A stretch of 64,000 bases of DNA from Eledone cirrhosa (Eukaryota), in contig OZ024753.1 in assembly GCA_964016885.1 (NCBI GenBank), positions 21,018,001-21,082,000 on the forward strand, read 5' to 3'. Shown piece after piece: positions 23,547-35,844 of this stretch (position 1 is the stretch's first letter; every line of letters begins with the position of its first letter). The position numbers and the translations under genes are program-made. The notes under the pieces were generated by a model. It worked only from the letters and a program-made list of their open reading frames with translations. It searched no databases and was not told where the DNA came from.

Positions 23547-25906
23547 TAGCAGAAGTACCCGGCGTTGCCCGGGTGTAAGTCGACCTTTGGTCTGTTATTA
23601 AAATGTTTGAAAGTTACTTCCCGCGCATCACAGGTGCAAAAACCTTTGAACCTCAAGGGAAAAAATAGAGGTTAGTATACGCAGGTGTGTAATTGAGCAT
23701 AAATAATGGATCAATTGTAGGTTCATAGTGTATCGTTGAAATTGTTCTTTGCAAAACTGACGGAAGTCAAATTAACTTGAAATTGAAATTTCAGTTGATT
23801 TTTAAAGCAGGGTGAAAAATTCGATTTTATCAAATTTTTTTTTTTTTTTTACAATTTTGGCGCTCACATGTGCAAAGAAGAAATAAAAGGGACTTTATCT
23901 GAATCGCGGCATAGTGGACGAATCATTTGCGACAGTTTTCACGAAAATCGGACGTTCCTGTAAAACATTATCCCATCTGCAACTTTGCCTTGTTTTTTGC
24001 GCAAAGTCAAACCCCCCTCTTCAGTTTTATTGATTTTTTACATGAATGCGTGACCTCTGAAGTAGATTTGAGTAGCTAAAGACCTGTCCCGGTAAATTTG
24101 CTATATGTGAAAAAAAGTTGATCAAAATTGCGTCTAGGGTTATTGCCCTTTGCAACAGCCTAAAGAACATGTAATTAAAAAGATTTACCATGGACTATCG
24201 TGCACATTGGTATTGTGTTTAGCCTGCGAAAATCGGAGGCAACAATAAGCCATACTGATGACGTTTAAGCGGGTGGCAAGGAATTGATGCGGCATAGATA
24301 GCCATGGGAGTCTTCAAGGAGCACGGCGGTCAGGCAAAAGAAATGGCCGAGGAGGGGATGGTGGCTGACAGTGCATGGAGGCGGCATCCTGAGGCATGAA
24401 GATGTAGTGGGGCGACGGCCAGCAGGCAAGGAAGAGGGCATGGATGGACGGTGGCAAGGATGCCGCATGGTGAGCCATGGCAGTCTTGAAGGAGCACTGC
24501 GGGCAGGAAAAAGAAAGGGGATGGCGACTGACAGAGCATTGATGCGGCATGGTGATGCATGACGATGCAGTGGGACGACGGCATGCAGGGAAGGGAGATG
24601 GCTGGGATTGACAGTTGCAGGGATTCCGCATGGTGAACCATGGCACTCGTGAAGGACCAACTCGTGCGGGTAAGGGAAGGGGAGGGCATGGTGGCTGACA
24701 GAGCATGGATGCGGCATGGTGAGGCATGACGATGCAGTGGGACGACAGCGTGCAGGGAAGGGAGAAGGAAGGACTTGATGGTGGCAGGGATGCGGCTTAG
24801 TTAGGCAAGGCAGTATTGAAGGAGCACGGCTGACAGGCCAAAAAAATGGCTGAGGAGAGGATGGTGGCCGACAGGGCAGTAATGTGGCATGGTGAGGCAT
24901 GACGATGCAGTGGGACGACGGCGTGCAGGGATGGGAGAGGGCAGGGGTTGACGGTGGCAGGGATGCGGCTTGGTCAGGCCTGGAAGTCTTGAGCTCTCCC
25001 GGAGTGTAGGCAATGGAAATGGGCAGGGGTGGACGGTGGCAGGGATTTGGCATGTTGAGCCGTGGCAGTCCTTAGGGACCACGGAGGGCAGGCAATGGAA
25101 AGGGCCGGGGAATGAATTGCAGCTGACAATGCAGAGATGCGCATGGTGATGCACAACGATGCAGTAGGTCGACGGCGTGCAGGGATGGGAGAGGGCAGAG
25201 TTTGACGGATGCCTCATTATGGTACGGTAGTGGGACCACGGGAATGAAGGGAGCGCATGGAGGCTCGATGATCGCTTGAGAAGACTGGGTGCAATACAGG
25301 ATGATGCGCGACGGTATAGTGTTGATAGTCCTTATATAAGAAATGGAAGAATCGGCATAAAAGGTTTGCTGAATATGGTGAGCGTTAATTTAAATAGACT
25401 TACGGTAGATAATCCTGATAGATTGAACATTTTTTGCATGGCGGGAGTCGCGACAAATGTATGCAAGAAGAATGGCGTTTTTCGGTTGCCGGATTTTTGC
25501 CTCTGGGGGTCCGATTATCGATTTTCTTTTTACAATTTCAAGTATCCCACGTTAATCCCCGCATCAAAATACATACCTACGTCAAATTTCATTGGAATCG
25601 GACAAATTTCGTAAATATTGATTTTTGCCTCTGGTGATCCAATTATCGATTTTTCGAAAATTTAATGTAGCGCACGTTTATCCCCGAATCAAAATACACA
25701 CTTGCGTCGAGTTTCATCGATTTTTGAAAATATCGATTTTTGGCTTCTGGGGTCCCCATTATCGATTTTTCGAAATTTTCAAGTAGCCTATTCCACTCTA
25801 CGCGTTGAGTTTTATATATGTGTGAGGTTTCATGAAAATTGGATGAACGGTGTAGCATGCAAGTTGGGAACACCAAACAATGCCCATCTTCACTTTATAT
25901 ATAAGA
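23546..25906 (-). mobile_element. Complete non-autonomous Helitron (about 2.36 kb)
   Basis: Minus strand reads A|TCTTATATATAAAGTG ... ACCCGGGCAACGCCGGGT hairpin-ACTTCTG-CTAG|T. TC...CTAG termini in an A|T target, no TSD. Confidence 0.88.
24270..25220. repeat. GC-rich diverged minisatellite (~165-175 bp unit, ~5 copies) inside the Helitron
   Basis: Motif gatg(c/t)agtggg(a/g)cgacgg recurs near 24401, 24564, 24731, 24904 and 25159. Confidence 0.85.
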
Positions 25907-26102
25907 TATCGTGTGTATTTGTTTATTTTTACGTTGTTTGTATTTATATTTTCCCCCACCGTTCGTTGTCAACACGTCCCTTTTTGACTTTATTTTGATT
26001 TTGATTTTTTAAATCTTATTTATTTAGTTATTCCTGTCTCTGAACTACTTCCCAATGGTTTGTATATGTGCATGTGCTTGTATATATATATATATATGTG
26101 TA

Positions 26103-26194
<92 letters not shown>

Positions 26195-26197
<3 letters not shown>

Positions 26198-26360
26198 TCA
26201 TTTCATTTAATTTCATTTTACGTCCGTTTTTTCCCTGCTTGCAAGGGTGGGACAGGAACTGATTCTGGCTTGATTTCTACAGCTGGATGCCCTTCCTAAC
26301 ACCAACCTCATTTACAGTGAGTGCTGGGTGCTTTTTTGCCGTGGCACCTCCACGACCACA
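26195..26360 (-). mobile_element. 5'-truncated SINE/RTE tail
   Basis: Reverse complement of the tail at 30075-30240. Confidence 0.85.
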
Positions 26361-26386
26361 TGTGTGTGTGTGTATATATATATATA

Positions 26387-26916
26387 TGAGGTGTATCAGA
26401 AAAGTTCCAGGACTGATGTCACAAAAGATTTATTCAAACCCAAACTTCACACTAAGAGTTTTCTCCTTCAAAGTAATCCCCCTGGAGTCTAATGCACTTT
26501 TCCATCCTTTTCTGCCAAGCTTGCATGCACTCCTGGAAGGATTCTTCCGGGATCCTCCGCAGTTCCGTCGTCACGGCTTTTTTGATGACGTCCACGTCTT
26601 CAAAACGGGTCCCCTCTGGGTCATACTCGAAGATCCATGACTCATCACCGGTGATGACTGTCCCTAGCAAGTCTGGTTCGGTTTCAAGACGCTCGAGGAT
26701 GTCCAGGCACACTTGCATGCATCGACCCTTCTGGTCATCGTTCAGCAGTTCTGGCACCATCATTATGAAGAAAAAAGTTTGATCGCTACAGAGAGCTAAG
26801 ATTACAGTTACGTACTCCAGGGGGATTACTTTGAAGGAGAAAACTCTTAGTGTGAAGTTTGGGTTTAAAATAAATCTTTTGTGACATCAGTCCTGGAACT
26901 TTTCTGACACACCTCG
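26387..26916 (-). mobile_element. Internally deleted mariner element with ~102 bp TIRs
   Basis: TIRs at 26387-26488 and 26814-26916 in (TA)n; transposase remnants VITGDESWIFEYDPE joined to GTRFEDVD..KCIRLQGDYFE. Confidence 0.92.
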
Positions 26917-26918
26917 TG

Positions 26919-26955
<37 letters not shown>

Positions 26956-27193
26956 ATATATACGTGCGCATATGTATAGAGCCTTTTGTGTTTGTATGTA
27001 TGTGTGTGTATACATTTTTATATATGTGAGTGTGTGTTTGTGTGTACATATATGGGTGCATATATATCTGGGTATATGTGTGTGCATGTATTTATATGCC
27101 TGTTCGTATTTCCATGTAGATGAAAATATGCTTATGTGAGAAAGTATACGTCTACGTATAAGCGCGTGGTTGAGTGTGTGTATGTTTATGTTC

Positions 27194-29480
27194 ATCATCA
27201 TCATCATCATCATCACCGTTTTATGTCCGTGTTCTTCCACGCTAGCATAGGTTAGACGGGTTGTCCTGTTGTGGGCAGTGTCTGGTCGGCTGACCATGCC
27301 TTGCTCATACAGGAACTGATTTGGCTTGATTTCTACAGCTGGATGCCCTTCCTAACACCAACCTCATTTACAGTGAGTGCTGGGTGCTTTTTCGTGGCGC
27401 CTATACGTCCACTTTACAGTGTGGGCTGGGTGCTTTTTTGCCGTGGCACCTCCACGACCACCTTGCAGTGGGGATGTGGGGGCATATTGTCTATATGCTT
27501 CAGCTTGTACCCATGGGAGGTCGAGTACTCTGTATTACTGCGTGACGCCAGAGGTCACGGTCGTGTGTCATCGCCTTTGAGAGGTGTAATTGGGTAAGGT
27601 CGGCTTTTATCACCTCATCCCAGGTCATCTTGGGTCTCCCCACTCCGCGGTTTCCATCGACTTCTAGTGCTCTGCACCTTTTTATGCAGCTGTCATCCTT
27701 CATACGCATCACATGTCCATACCAACGCAACCGCCTCTCCTGCACACAGCATTTGATTCCTCTTATGCTCAGTATCTCTCTCAATTCATTTATGCTTTGT
27801 CGTTCGCGTATATTACTATTACACATTCATCAGAGCATGCAGGCTTCGTTTCTCTCTTATCTACGTAAGTCTTCCACCTTCAGCGCCCAGGTCTCACTAC
27901 CATGCAACATCGCTGTTCGGATACACGCATCATACAGTCTGCCTTTCATTTTGAGGGAGAAGCCTTTTGCAGCTAGCAGTGGAAGTAGTTCCCTAAACTT
28001 CTTCCATCCCGTTCTTACCCTAGTTATTGTACTTTCTGAACACCCACCTCCGCTGCTAATTCAGTCACCTAGGTAGCAGAAGCTGTCTACTGTTTCTACA
28101 GAGCCCTCCCAGAAATTGGTGGTACTTGTTTCCTGTGGCTGTTTGCTGCTTGCTGTCCCAGCACAGCTGCTGCATGTGAAGCCTACATTCTTAATTAAGC
28201 TTCATGAGATCCCGCTACATCTCTTGTGTACCCATTGTTTGCATTTGGGGCAGAGAATGGAGTTCCTACCTACACCTTTCCTACATACTGAGCAAGGCCA
28301 TTTCCCTGAGGGGATCTGGGTTCTGTTTTCTCGTCTACTTACAAGGACCTTAGTCTTTGTCATGTTGACTTTGAGACCCTTTCTTTCTAGTCCCTGCTTC
28401 CAAATTTGGAATTTATTCTCTAGTTCTACCATAGATTCAGCTATAAGTGCGAGGTCATCAGCATACAGGAGTTCCCATGGGCATCCTGTCTTAAACTCCT
28501 CCGTTATTGCCTGCAGGACTATGATGAACAGGAGGGGGCTAAGAACAGAGCCCTGGTGGACCCCAACCTGTACGCTAAATTCCTCGCTATACTCATTGCT
28601 AATCCTAACTTTGCTGACTGCTCCCCTATACATGGCTTGTACCGCTTTCACAAGCCATTCATCTACTCCTACTTTTCTAAGAGCCCACCAGATTGCAGCA
28701 CGTGGAACTCTGTCAAAGGCTTTCTCAAGGTCGACAAATGCCAGGTAGAGTGGCTTACTTTTTGTTATGTACGTTTCCTGTAACTGCCTGACAAGGAAGA
28801 GGGCATCAGTGGTGCTTCTTCTTGGTACAACCCAAATTGCATCTCGTCTAGTTTCACCCGGTCCCTAATCGACTGTGCTATAACTCTTTCTGTTACTTTC
28901 ATGACCTGGTCCATCAGCTTTATACCTCTATAGTTTCCTCTATCTAGTGCATCACCTTTACCTTTGTAGCAGTTGACAATGATGCTATTGCACCAATCTT
29001 TTGGTATGACACCTTCTAGTATTACCTGGTTAACAATACGTGTGGTTATCGTGTGACCTACAGACCCAGATGCCTTCAGCATCTCGGCAGCTATACCTGA
29101 TGGACCAGTTGCCTTCCCCATCTTCATATCTTTGATTGCCTTACTTACTACGTTGCTGCTGACTTGTACTGCTGGCCCCTCTATAGGGTCTACTTGGGGC
29201 AGGGTCCCTCCTGTATCTGGTCCTCACGTTGCAAAACATGCTTGAATTTTCTATCCTCTGCTTCCCTCCTAGCTAAGTATACTTGTCGCCTAGCTTCCCT
29301 CTTGGTCTCTATGTAATGTACCCTGCTTCCCCCGTTTTTCCATTCTTTCCATGCCTGTCTCTTCGCCTTAACTGCCTCATCTACCTTATTGTTCCACCAA
29401 GTCACTCTCCCCTGCTTGAGGTCTTACTCCAGCCACAGACCTCATCCGTCGCCTCTAGTAAGTTATTTTTTAGGAACTCC
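27194..29480 (-). pseudogene. RTE LINE (PHD-like group), 5'-truncated and frameshifted
   Basis: TWWN.., KATGPSG, NYRGIKL, GVHQGSVLSP, LYADD, CSVC..CPKC..HKRC, RLRWYGH, full 3' tail. Confidence 0.93.
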
Positions 29481-29672
29481 CATTTTTTCCCCTAAATCCT
29501 TTTTGTCCGTTTTTTCAGCCACACTTTCATATTTCCTAAATTTTGTTTTTAAATCCATATTTAATAAAAACACCATGTTGCTTATTCATTCTGACAGCTG
29601 AAGACAGATATAAATATCTGCCTTCAAGAAACCACTGGTAAATGAAATAATTATCTTATGTTGTTTATTACA

Positions 29673-29737
<65 letters not shown>

Positions 29738-29889
29738 GTATATATTAAAATAACAGATTAAAGTTTAAGCAAAGAATGGCTGCTTTCACCTTTAACGGGA
29801 TCTTCTGAAACTTATCGAACACTCTTCGGATTTTAGTCTTCACATTTATTATTATTACTATATATATATATAGTAATAATAATAAATAC

Positions 29890-30240
29890 TCAAGGAAACA
29901 ACACATCACCCGGTCTGAGGATTGAACTCACAATCGAAAGGTTGTGAGTTCAATCCTCAGACCGGGTGATGTGTTGTTTCCTTGATCAAGACACTTTATT
30001 TCACATTGCTCCAGTTTACTCAGCTGTAGAAATGAGATGATAGGGACTGGGGTCCCTATCATTCCACTGCAAAGTGGTCGTGGAGGTGCCACGGCAAAAA
30101 AGCACCCAGCACTCACTGTAAATGAGGTTGGTGTTAGGAAGGGCATCCAGCTGTAGAAATCAAGCGAGAATCAGTTCCCGTCCCACCCTTGCAAGCAGGG
30201 AAAAAGAGGACGTAAAATGAAATGATGATGATGAAATGAT
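29890..30240 (+). mobile_element. CORE-like SINE with RTE tail; 5' head replaced by an inverted duplication
   Basis: Same family as 19773; 29890-29933 is the exact reverse complement of 29942-29985. Confidence 0.9.
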
Positions 30241-30259
30241 ATAAATGATATATATATAT

Positions 30260-32525
30260 GCATTTTTCTTACCTGATCAGTGTTTTGGGGGGTCTGTATG
30301 GCTTTGGTCCACCCAATCCACCTTCCTATGGGAGTCTTTTTAGCCATTGAGGTTATGGTGGGGGGTCTACCTCTTATAGGTCTACTAGGGCAGAAACATC
30401 TAAGGTCATGGCTGTCTAGGTAGTCAGTGTCGTAGGTAAGTCTAAGTAGAAGGCCCAGTTCGTCTGTGTCGACGTCGCAGAACTCCACCTCACTCTCAAT
30501 GATCATCTCCACACATCTTTTCACAGCAAAATCAATGTTAATGGATGGGTACAGTGACACTACATCCATGCTGCCTATTATGCAGTTGGATAGGCTCCTG
30601 TTTTTGTTGCACTCACTGATTCTGCTGAGGAGGTCCTCTGTACTTTCACATACATCTGGGGACATCTTGATTATGGGGCGTATAACCATTGAGAGGAAGT
30701 AGGAGATCCTGTAGTTGCTAGCTATATTAGCTCCGCATACGGGTCTTGTTGGTGGTCCTGTTGTCGGGTCGTCGACTGTCTTGTGGTCTTTGCGGAGCCC
30801 ATACAAGGGTGGTATGCCATTGTTAGACGCCTGGAAGTTGTTGGCAGTGCGTCTGCTTGGCTTTAGGATGTCAGTCCACATCATCATGTGAGCGTTGAGG
30901 ATTTTTTCTCTCCCGTCGTGTGTTAGTTGTGCAACTTCGCTCGTGTTGGTGATGTGGGGTTGCATTGCCTCGATGTAGTTCGGCATGCTATCTATTGACA
31001 TCCTACCAGACTTATCTGTGGGTAGACACACTACCTCACCATCCCTTGTGCGCTGCTTGAGGCTAACCAAGCCTTCTACAGGTTTTCTCCCAAGTTGTTG
31101 GGCCTCTGGTCTGCTCTGTCTCATAGTGTACCTGTCTACTACCTGTCTAATCTTATTTCTAGCTATGGTGAACTGTGCCTCCGTCTCGTCATCTATTTGC
31201 TGTGGTATGCAAACTCTTTTATTAAAGGGTAACCTCGTAGGATAGATATTACCCATCTTATATGTTTTGTCAGCTGGGTTGAAAAATAGTTTCTCTAAGG
31301 GGTTGTCGTTATTTCTATCGTCATAGTTGTGTGTGTTGCTATTATTGTTATCATGGTGGTTGTTGTTGTTTCTATCATTAGCATTATTATTATTATTGTT
31401 ATGATTGCTAGATGTATTGTTGTTTACTTCACCGTTATTGTTGTTGTTGTTACTGCTATTTCTACCATTGTGGTTGTTACTATTATTATGTTTCTTGTTT
31501 TTGTTGATGTTGCTACATGTACTATTTCCATTATTACCACTGTGGTTATTGTTGTTGTTGTTCGTATTGTTACCGTTATTACTACTGTGGTCACTGTTGC
31601 TGTGTCTGTGGTTAACGTTTCTATTATTATTATTATTGTGGTTGTTGTTGTTCCGTCTATCGCTAGTATTATTGCCATTATCACTATTTCTCACTTTCCT
31701 GCCATTGTTATGGTTATGGCTGTTATTTCTATACCCAGAGTTATTGTTTATATTATTACTACCGTTATTATTGTTGTTGTTGTTTACTTTTGCATTCCAA
31801 CGTATTTTTGTGAAACACTTTTCCAGCTCCGTTTTGCATTCCATAGGGTTAATCTTTTTGTAGATGGCAAATTTGGGTGGTAACCTTAGGATTTGTTGTT
31901 CTTGTTCACTGATTAAAGTGTTCCCATAGATATTTACTGTGTGGTCATTGGTAAATTCTTCCGGTAGTTTTACATCACTCATACGGATATTGTCGATGTT
32001 ATCTGGGTATTTTTGAGAATATTCGATTTTCCTTTCTTGTAGTTTTTTCTTATTCATCCATTCTAATTTCTTCTTGAAATGCCTACAGCATTCGTTTTGA
32101 GCATATTTCGTTTCGCGTCGGATGACGCTCATGAAGTCGTCTCTCTCGTTTGCTGTGATGAGATTTCGGATTTCCTTACCGTTGATGCGTTTTTGTCTGT
32201 AGAGTGCGTTGAATTTTGTGTATGTTGTTCTTTTCATATTAACTGTTATTGTGTGTTTTAGCCGTTCGGCTTGTGTTTTGTTCAATAATAAATTATTTAC
32301 TTGTTTTGATATGTTTGTTGTGTATGTTTTGGAGGAAACACAGTGTTTTAAGAAGCGGATTTGTTCTGTTGTTATTGTAGTTTTTATATAACAGAAAACA
32401 GTGTCTTTCAGTAACCTTTCAGCTTGGCACAAGCTAATGCCATAGCGGCGATGAATTAGTTTTGCGAGGTTTTTTATATGAAATCGTGTGTCGAAACAGA
32501 TATTGTTATACTTGGGGAGGGTCAT
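30260..32525 (-). CDS. Penelope-like element ORF, N-terminal half (Asn-rich insert, start of RT), 3'-truncated
   Basis: Open from MTLPKY; LRLPPKFA, PTDKSG, LYGLRKDHK, TRPVCG, GSMDVVSLYPSI; homology stops at DQVRKM against (TA)n. Confidence 0.9.
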
Positions 32526-33042
32526 ATTTGCGTAATATTGCCAGAATTAATAACAGAACACACTCACTGTTTGGTTGGTTTTCGCTTCTCGCTGTCTTTT
32601 ATTATATCTGCGATCTAACTTACTCGGTCCTCAATGTTGCCATTGACTGACCGGCGGTCAAAAATAATACAGATACAATATAGACACAAACACATATATA
32701 TATATATAGTTTACATAATTTACATAAATCTTTCGTTGCACATCTGCAACATCGTCAGTGGTGTTATATTCATTGTTCCTCCTGTTGTGTTGTATGTCTA
32801 CGCCATTTTTTTTTGTTCAGTCTGTCTATATATTTATTTATTTATTTGCTTGTTTGTTTATCTTATTTTATTTTGTCTTCTTTGCGCATGCGTTTGCGTG
32901 TGTGTATAGTGTTATGTGTGATGTGTGACTAGTGTGTATAGTGTTGTGTCTGCTGGGTCACTAGTGTGTGTTTATGTGCTTGTTGTTATTGTGCTTGTGT
33001 ATGTATTTATTTATCTTATTTTATTTTATTTTATTTACTTAT
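32526..33042 (-). repeat. PLE pseudo-LTR/UTR between tandem ORF copies
   Basis: Lies between the end of the EN region and the next ATG; near-identical inverted copy at 35130-35633. Confidence 0.88.
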
Positions 33043-35128
33043 TTATACTTCTCTTAGGTCAGTGTTGTTTGTTTGGGTGTTGTTGTTGTTCCACTCATTC
33101 TTTCTGTTTAGCTTTGGTCTTCTAATTTCTATTTCACTGGCCTCTCTGATTTGCCTATCTGCTGGGTCATTCCTATGTTTAGATATTATTCTAATTTCTA
33201 TGTTGTCTATGTTACCGTCATGTTGTTGTCTAGCATGTTCGTATAGTACTGACCCGTTTTTTCGTCCTTTTAGTTCCCCCCAGTGTTGGTCTATCCTTTC
33301 ACCTATGCTACGAGCTGTCTTACCTATCTATGTTGTTGTCATGTTTCTGCAAGTACCCTCTGTACATCTTATGCTATCGACTACGTTTCTAGTTTTACAG
33401 TTTATCCGGGGGTTCACCTTACATATGATACACTTCCTATTGGTACAGTGGGTTTTCTTAAAAGGGTAGGTTTTGCTGATCAGGGATTTTATGGTGGTTC
33501 CTGGCTTTTCTACCACCTTTATTTTTAAGTGGGTCTTTCTCAGGGCCTTTCTACACTGGTTAGCTAATTTCCCTCCAGGGGTGGCGTCCACAAACATGAC
33601 ACTCTGATATCTCTGGTTGTCGTACCATGATGTGGCCTTCCCTATCTTATGTCTAGCCCTATCTAAGCTATTCCATGATTTGCTCCTGTATAGTGGGCAG
33701 ATTCCTTTCATGTCCAGTTCTATGAGGGTCTTATACTTTTCCATGGCTCCTTCGTATACTCTGACTCTGTCTCTTTGGTTGTAGCCAGAGAACTGCATGC
33801 GGTTGATGAAGTGTTGGATGTGTCCTTCCATTTCTGTTGGGTCGCACATGCTGGACACATTCTTCATCACTCGTACCAAATCTGCGATCAGAATATTAAA
33901 CTTAGCACTACTGGACATTGCTGAGTTTTTGAGTATCAGGTATTTGGAGGCCATGGGTTTAGCATAGTGTGAGTGGAGAATTTGGGCTCTATCGTCTATA
34001 GTGTTAATCCAGAGTTCTATGTCTAATACAGGTAGTCTATTGTTAGGGTGTTTGGAAGGGAAGTCTATAGTTACAGTTATACTCTGGTGTATGGAATTAG
34101 CTATCTGCTGGATGCTTTCCATCGTGCTACGTTCTAAATCAAACTTGTTAGTGCTCTCTAGTGGGGGTGTTCTTATAACTATATTGATATCGTCTACATA
34201 ACGAGAGTACATGATGAGGTCTATGGAGCTTTCATTAAGGAGATCTTTAAGTCTCCTTTCCCACCATACCATGAAAAGGTTGGCAACATCACCAGCTATG
34301 CTGACACCGATGGCTGCTCCCTCATTTTGGGTGTAGATTTTCTCATTGAACTTAAATATGTGGCCCTTTAGGGTAGTTTTGATACTAGCCCCTATTGCAT
34401 GTGCGACCATTTTTCTTACCTGATCAGTGTTTTGGGGGGTCCGTATGGCTTTGGTCCACCCAATCCACCTTCCTATGGGAGTCTTTTTAGCCATTGAGGT
34501 TATGGTGGGGGGTCTACCTCTTATAGGTCTACTAGGGCAGAAACATCTAAGGTCATGGCTGTCTAGGTAGTCAGTGTCGTAGGTAAGTCTAAGTAGAAGG
34601 CCCAGTTCGTCTGTGTCGACGTCGCAGAACTCCACCTCACTCTCAATGATCATCTCCACACATCTTTTCACAGCAAAATCAATGTTAATGGATGGGTACA
34701 GTGACACTACATCCATGCTGCCTATTATGCAGTTGGATAGGCTCCTGTTTTTGTTGCACTCACTGATTCTGCTGAGGAGGTCCTCTGTACTTTCACATAC
34801 ATCTGGGGACATCTTGATTATGGGGCGTATAACCATTGAGAGGAAGTAGGAGATCCTGTAGTTGCTAGCTATATTAGCTCCGCATACGGGTCTTGTTGGT
34901 GGTCCTGTTGTCGGGTCGTCGACTGTCTTGTGGTCTTTGCGGAGCCCATACAAGGGTGGTATGCCATTGTTAGACGCCTGGAAGTTGTTGGCAGTGCGTC
35001 TGCTTGGCTTTAGGATGTCAGTCCACATCATCATGTGAGCGTTGAGGATTTTTTCTCTCCCATCGTGTGTTAGTTGTGCAACTTCGCTCGTGTTGGTGAT
35101 GTGGGGTTGCATTGCCTCGATGTAGTTC
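33043..35128 (-). pseudogene. Penelope-like element ORF, C-terminal part: intact RT and Cys linker, GIY-YIG endonuclease with premature stop
   Basis: GSMDVVSLYPSI, GAAIG, YSRYVDDI, LPVLD, HCTNRKCIIC..C; then VVD..TTT*IGKTARS..RIDQH..IREA..PKLN. Confidence 0.93.
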
Positions 35129-35713
35129 CATAAATAAAATAAGATAAATAAATACATACACAAGCACAATAAGAACAAGCACATAAACACACACTAGTGA
35201 CCCAGCAGACACAACACTATACACACTAGTCACACATCACACATAACACTATACACACACGCAAACGCATGCGCAAAGAAGACAAAATAAAATAAGATAA
35301 ACAAACAAGCAAATAAATAAATAAATATATAGACAGACTGAACAAAAAAAAAATGGCGTAGACATACAACACAACAGGAGGAACAATGAATATAACACCA
35401 CTGACGATGTTGCAGATGTGCAACGAAAGATTTATGTAAATTATGTAAACTATATATATATATGTGTGTTTGTGTCTATATTGTATCTGTATTATTTTTG
35501 ACCGCCGGTCAGTCAATGGCAACATTGAGGACCGAGTAAGTTAGATCGCAGATATAATAAAAGACAGCGAGAAGCGAAAACCAACCAAACAGTGAGTGTG
35601 TTCTGTTATTAATTCTGGCAATATTACGCAAATATGACCCTCCCCAAGTATAACAATATCTGTTTCGACACACGATTTCATATAAAAAACCTCGCAAAAC
35701 TAATTCATCGCCG
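35129..35713 (+). mobile_element. Inverted PLE pLTR plus the first 27 codons of the ORF
   Basis: Reverse complement of about 32446-33025; [26 protein letters not shown] is identical. Confidence 0.95.
35401..35436 (+). ncRNA. Hammerhead-ribozyme-like core in the PLE pLTR (also 32731-32758 minus and 23228-23255 plus)
   Basis: CTGACGA-T-GTTGCA/GATG/TGCAAC-GAAA: both core boxes and a perfect 6-bp stem II. Stems I and III are weak. Confidence 0.5.
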
Positions 35714-35813
35714 TGTGTATATATATATATATGTATATATGTATATATATATGTGTATATGTGTATATATATGTGTGTGTGTATATATATATATATGTGT
35801 ATATATATATATA

Positions 35814-35842
<29 letters not shown>

Positions 35843-35844
<2 letters not shown>

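Noticed and set aside
24265-25217. 262-aa Pro/His/Cys-rich ORF and overlapping ORFs
   Set aside because: Open frames arise from a GC-rich minisatellite inside a Helitron; no domain recognised.
31329-31883. Hydrophobic poly-Leu/Val/Ile ORFs that look like membrane proteins
   Set aside because: Antisense frames of the Asn-rich PLE tract.
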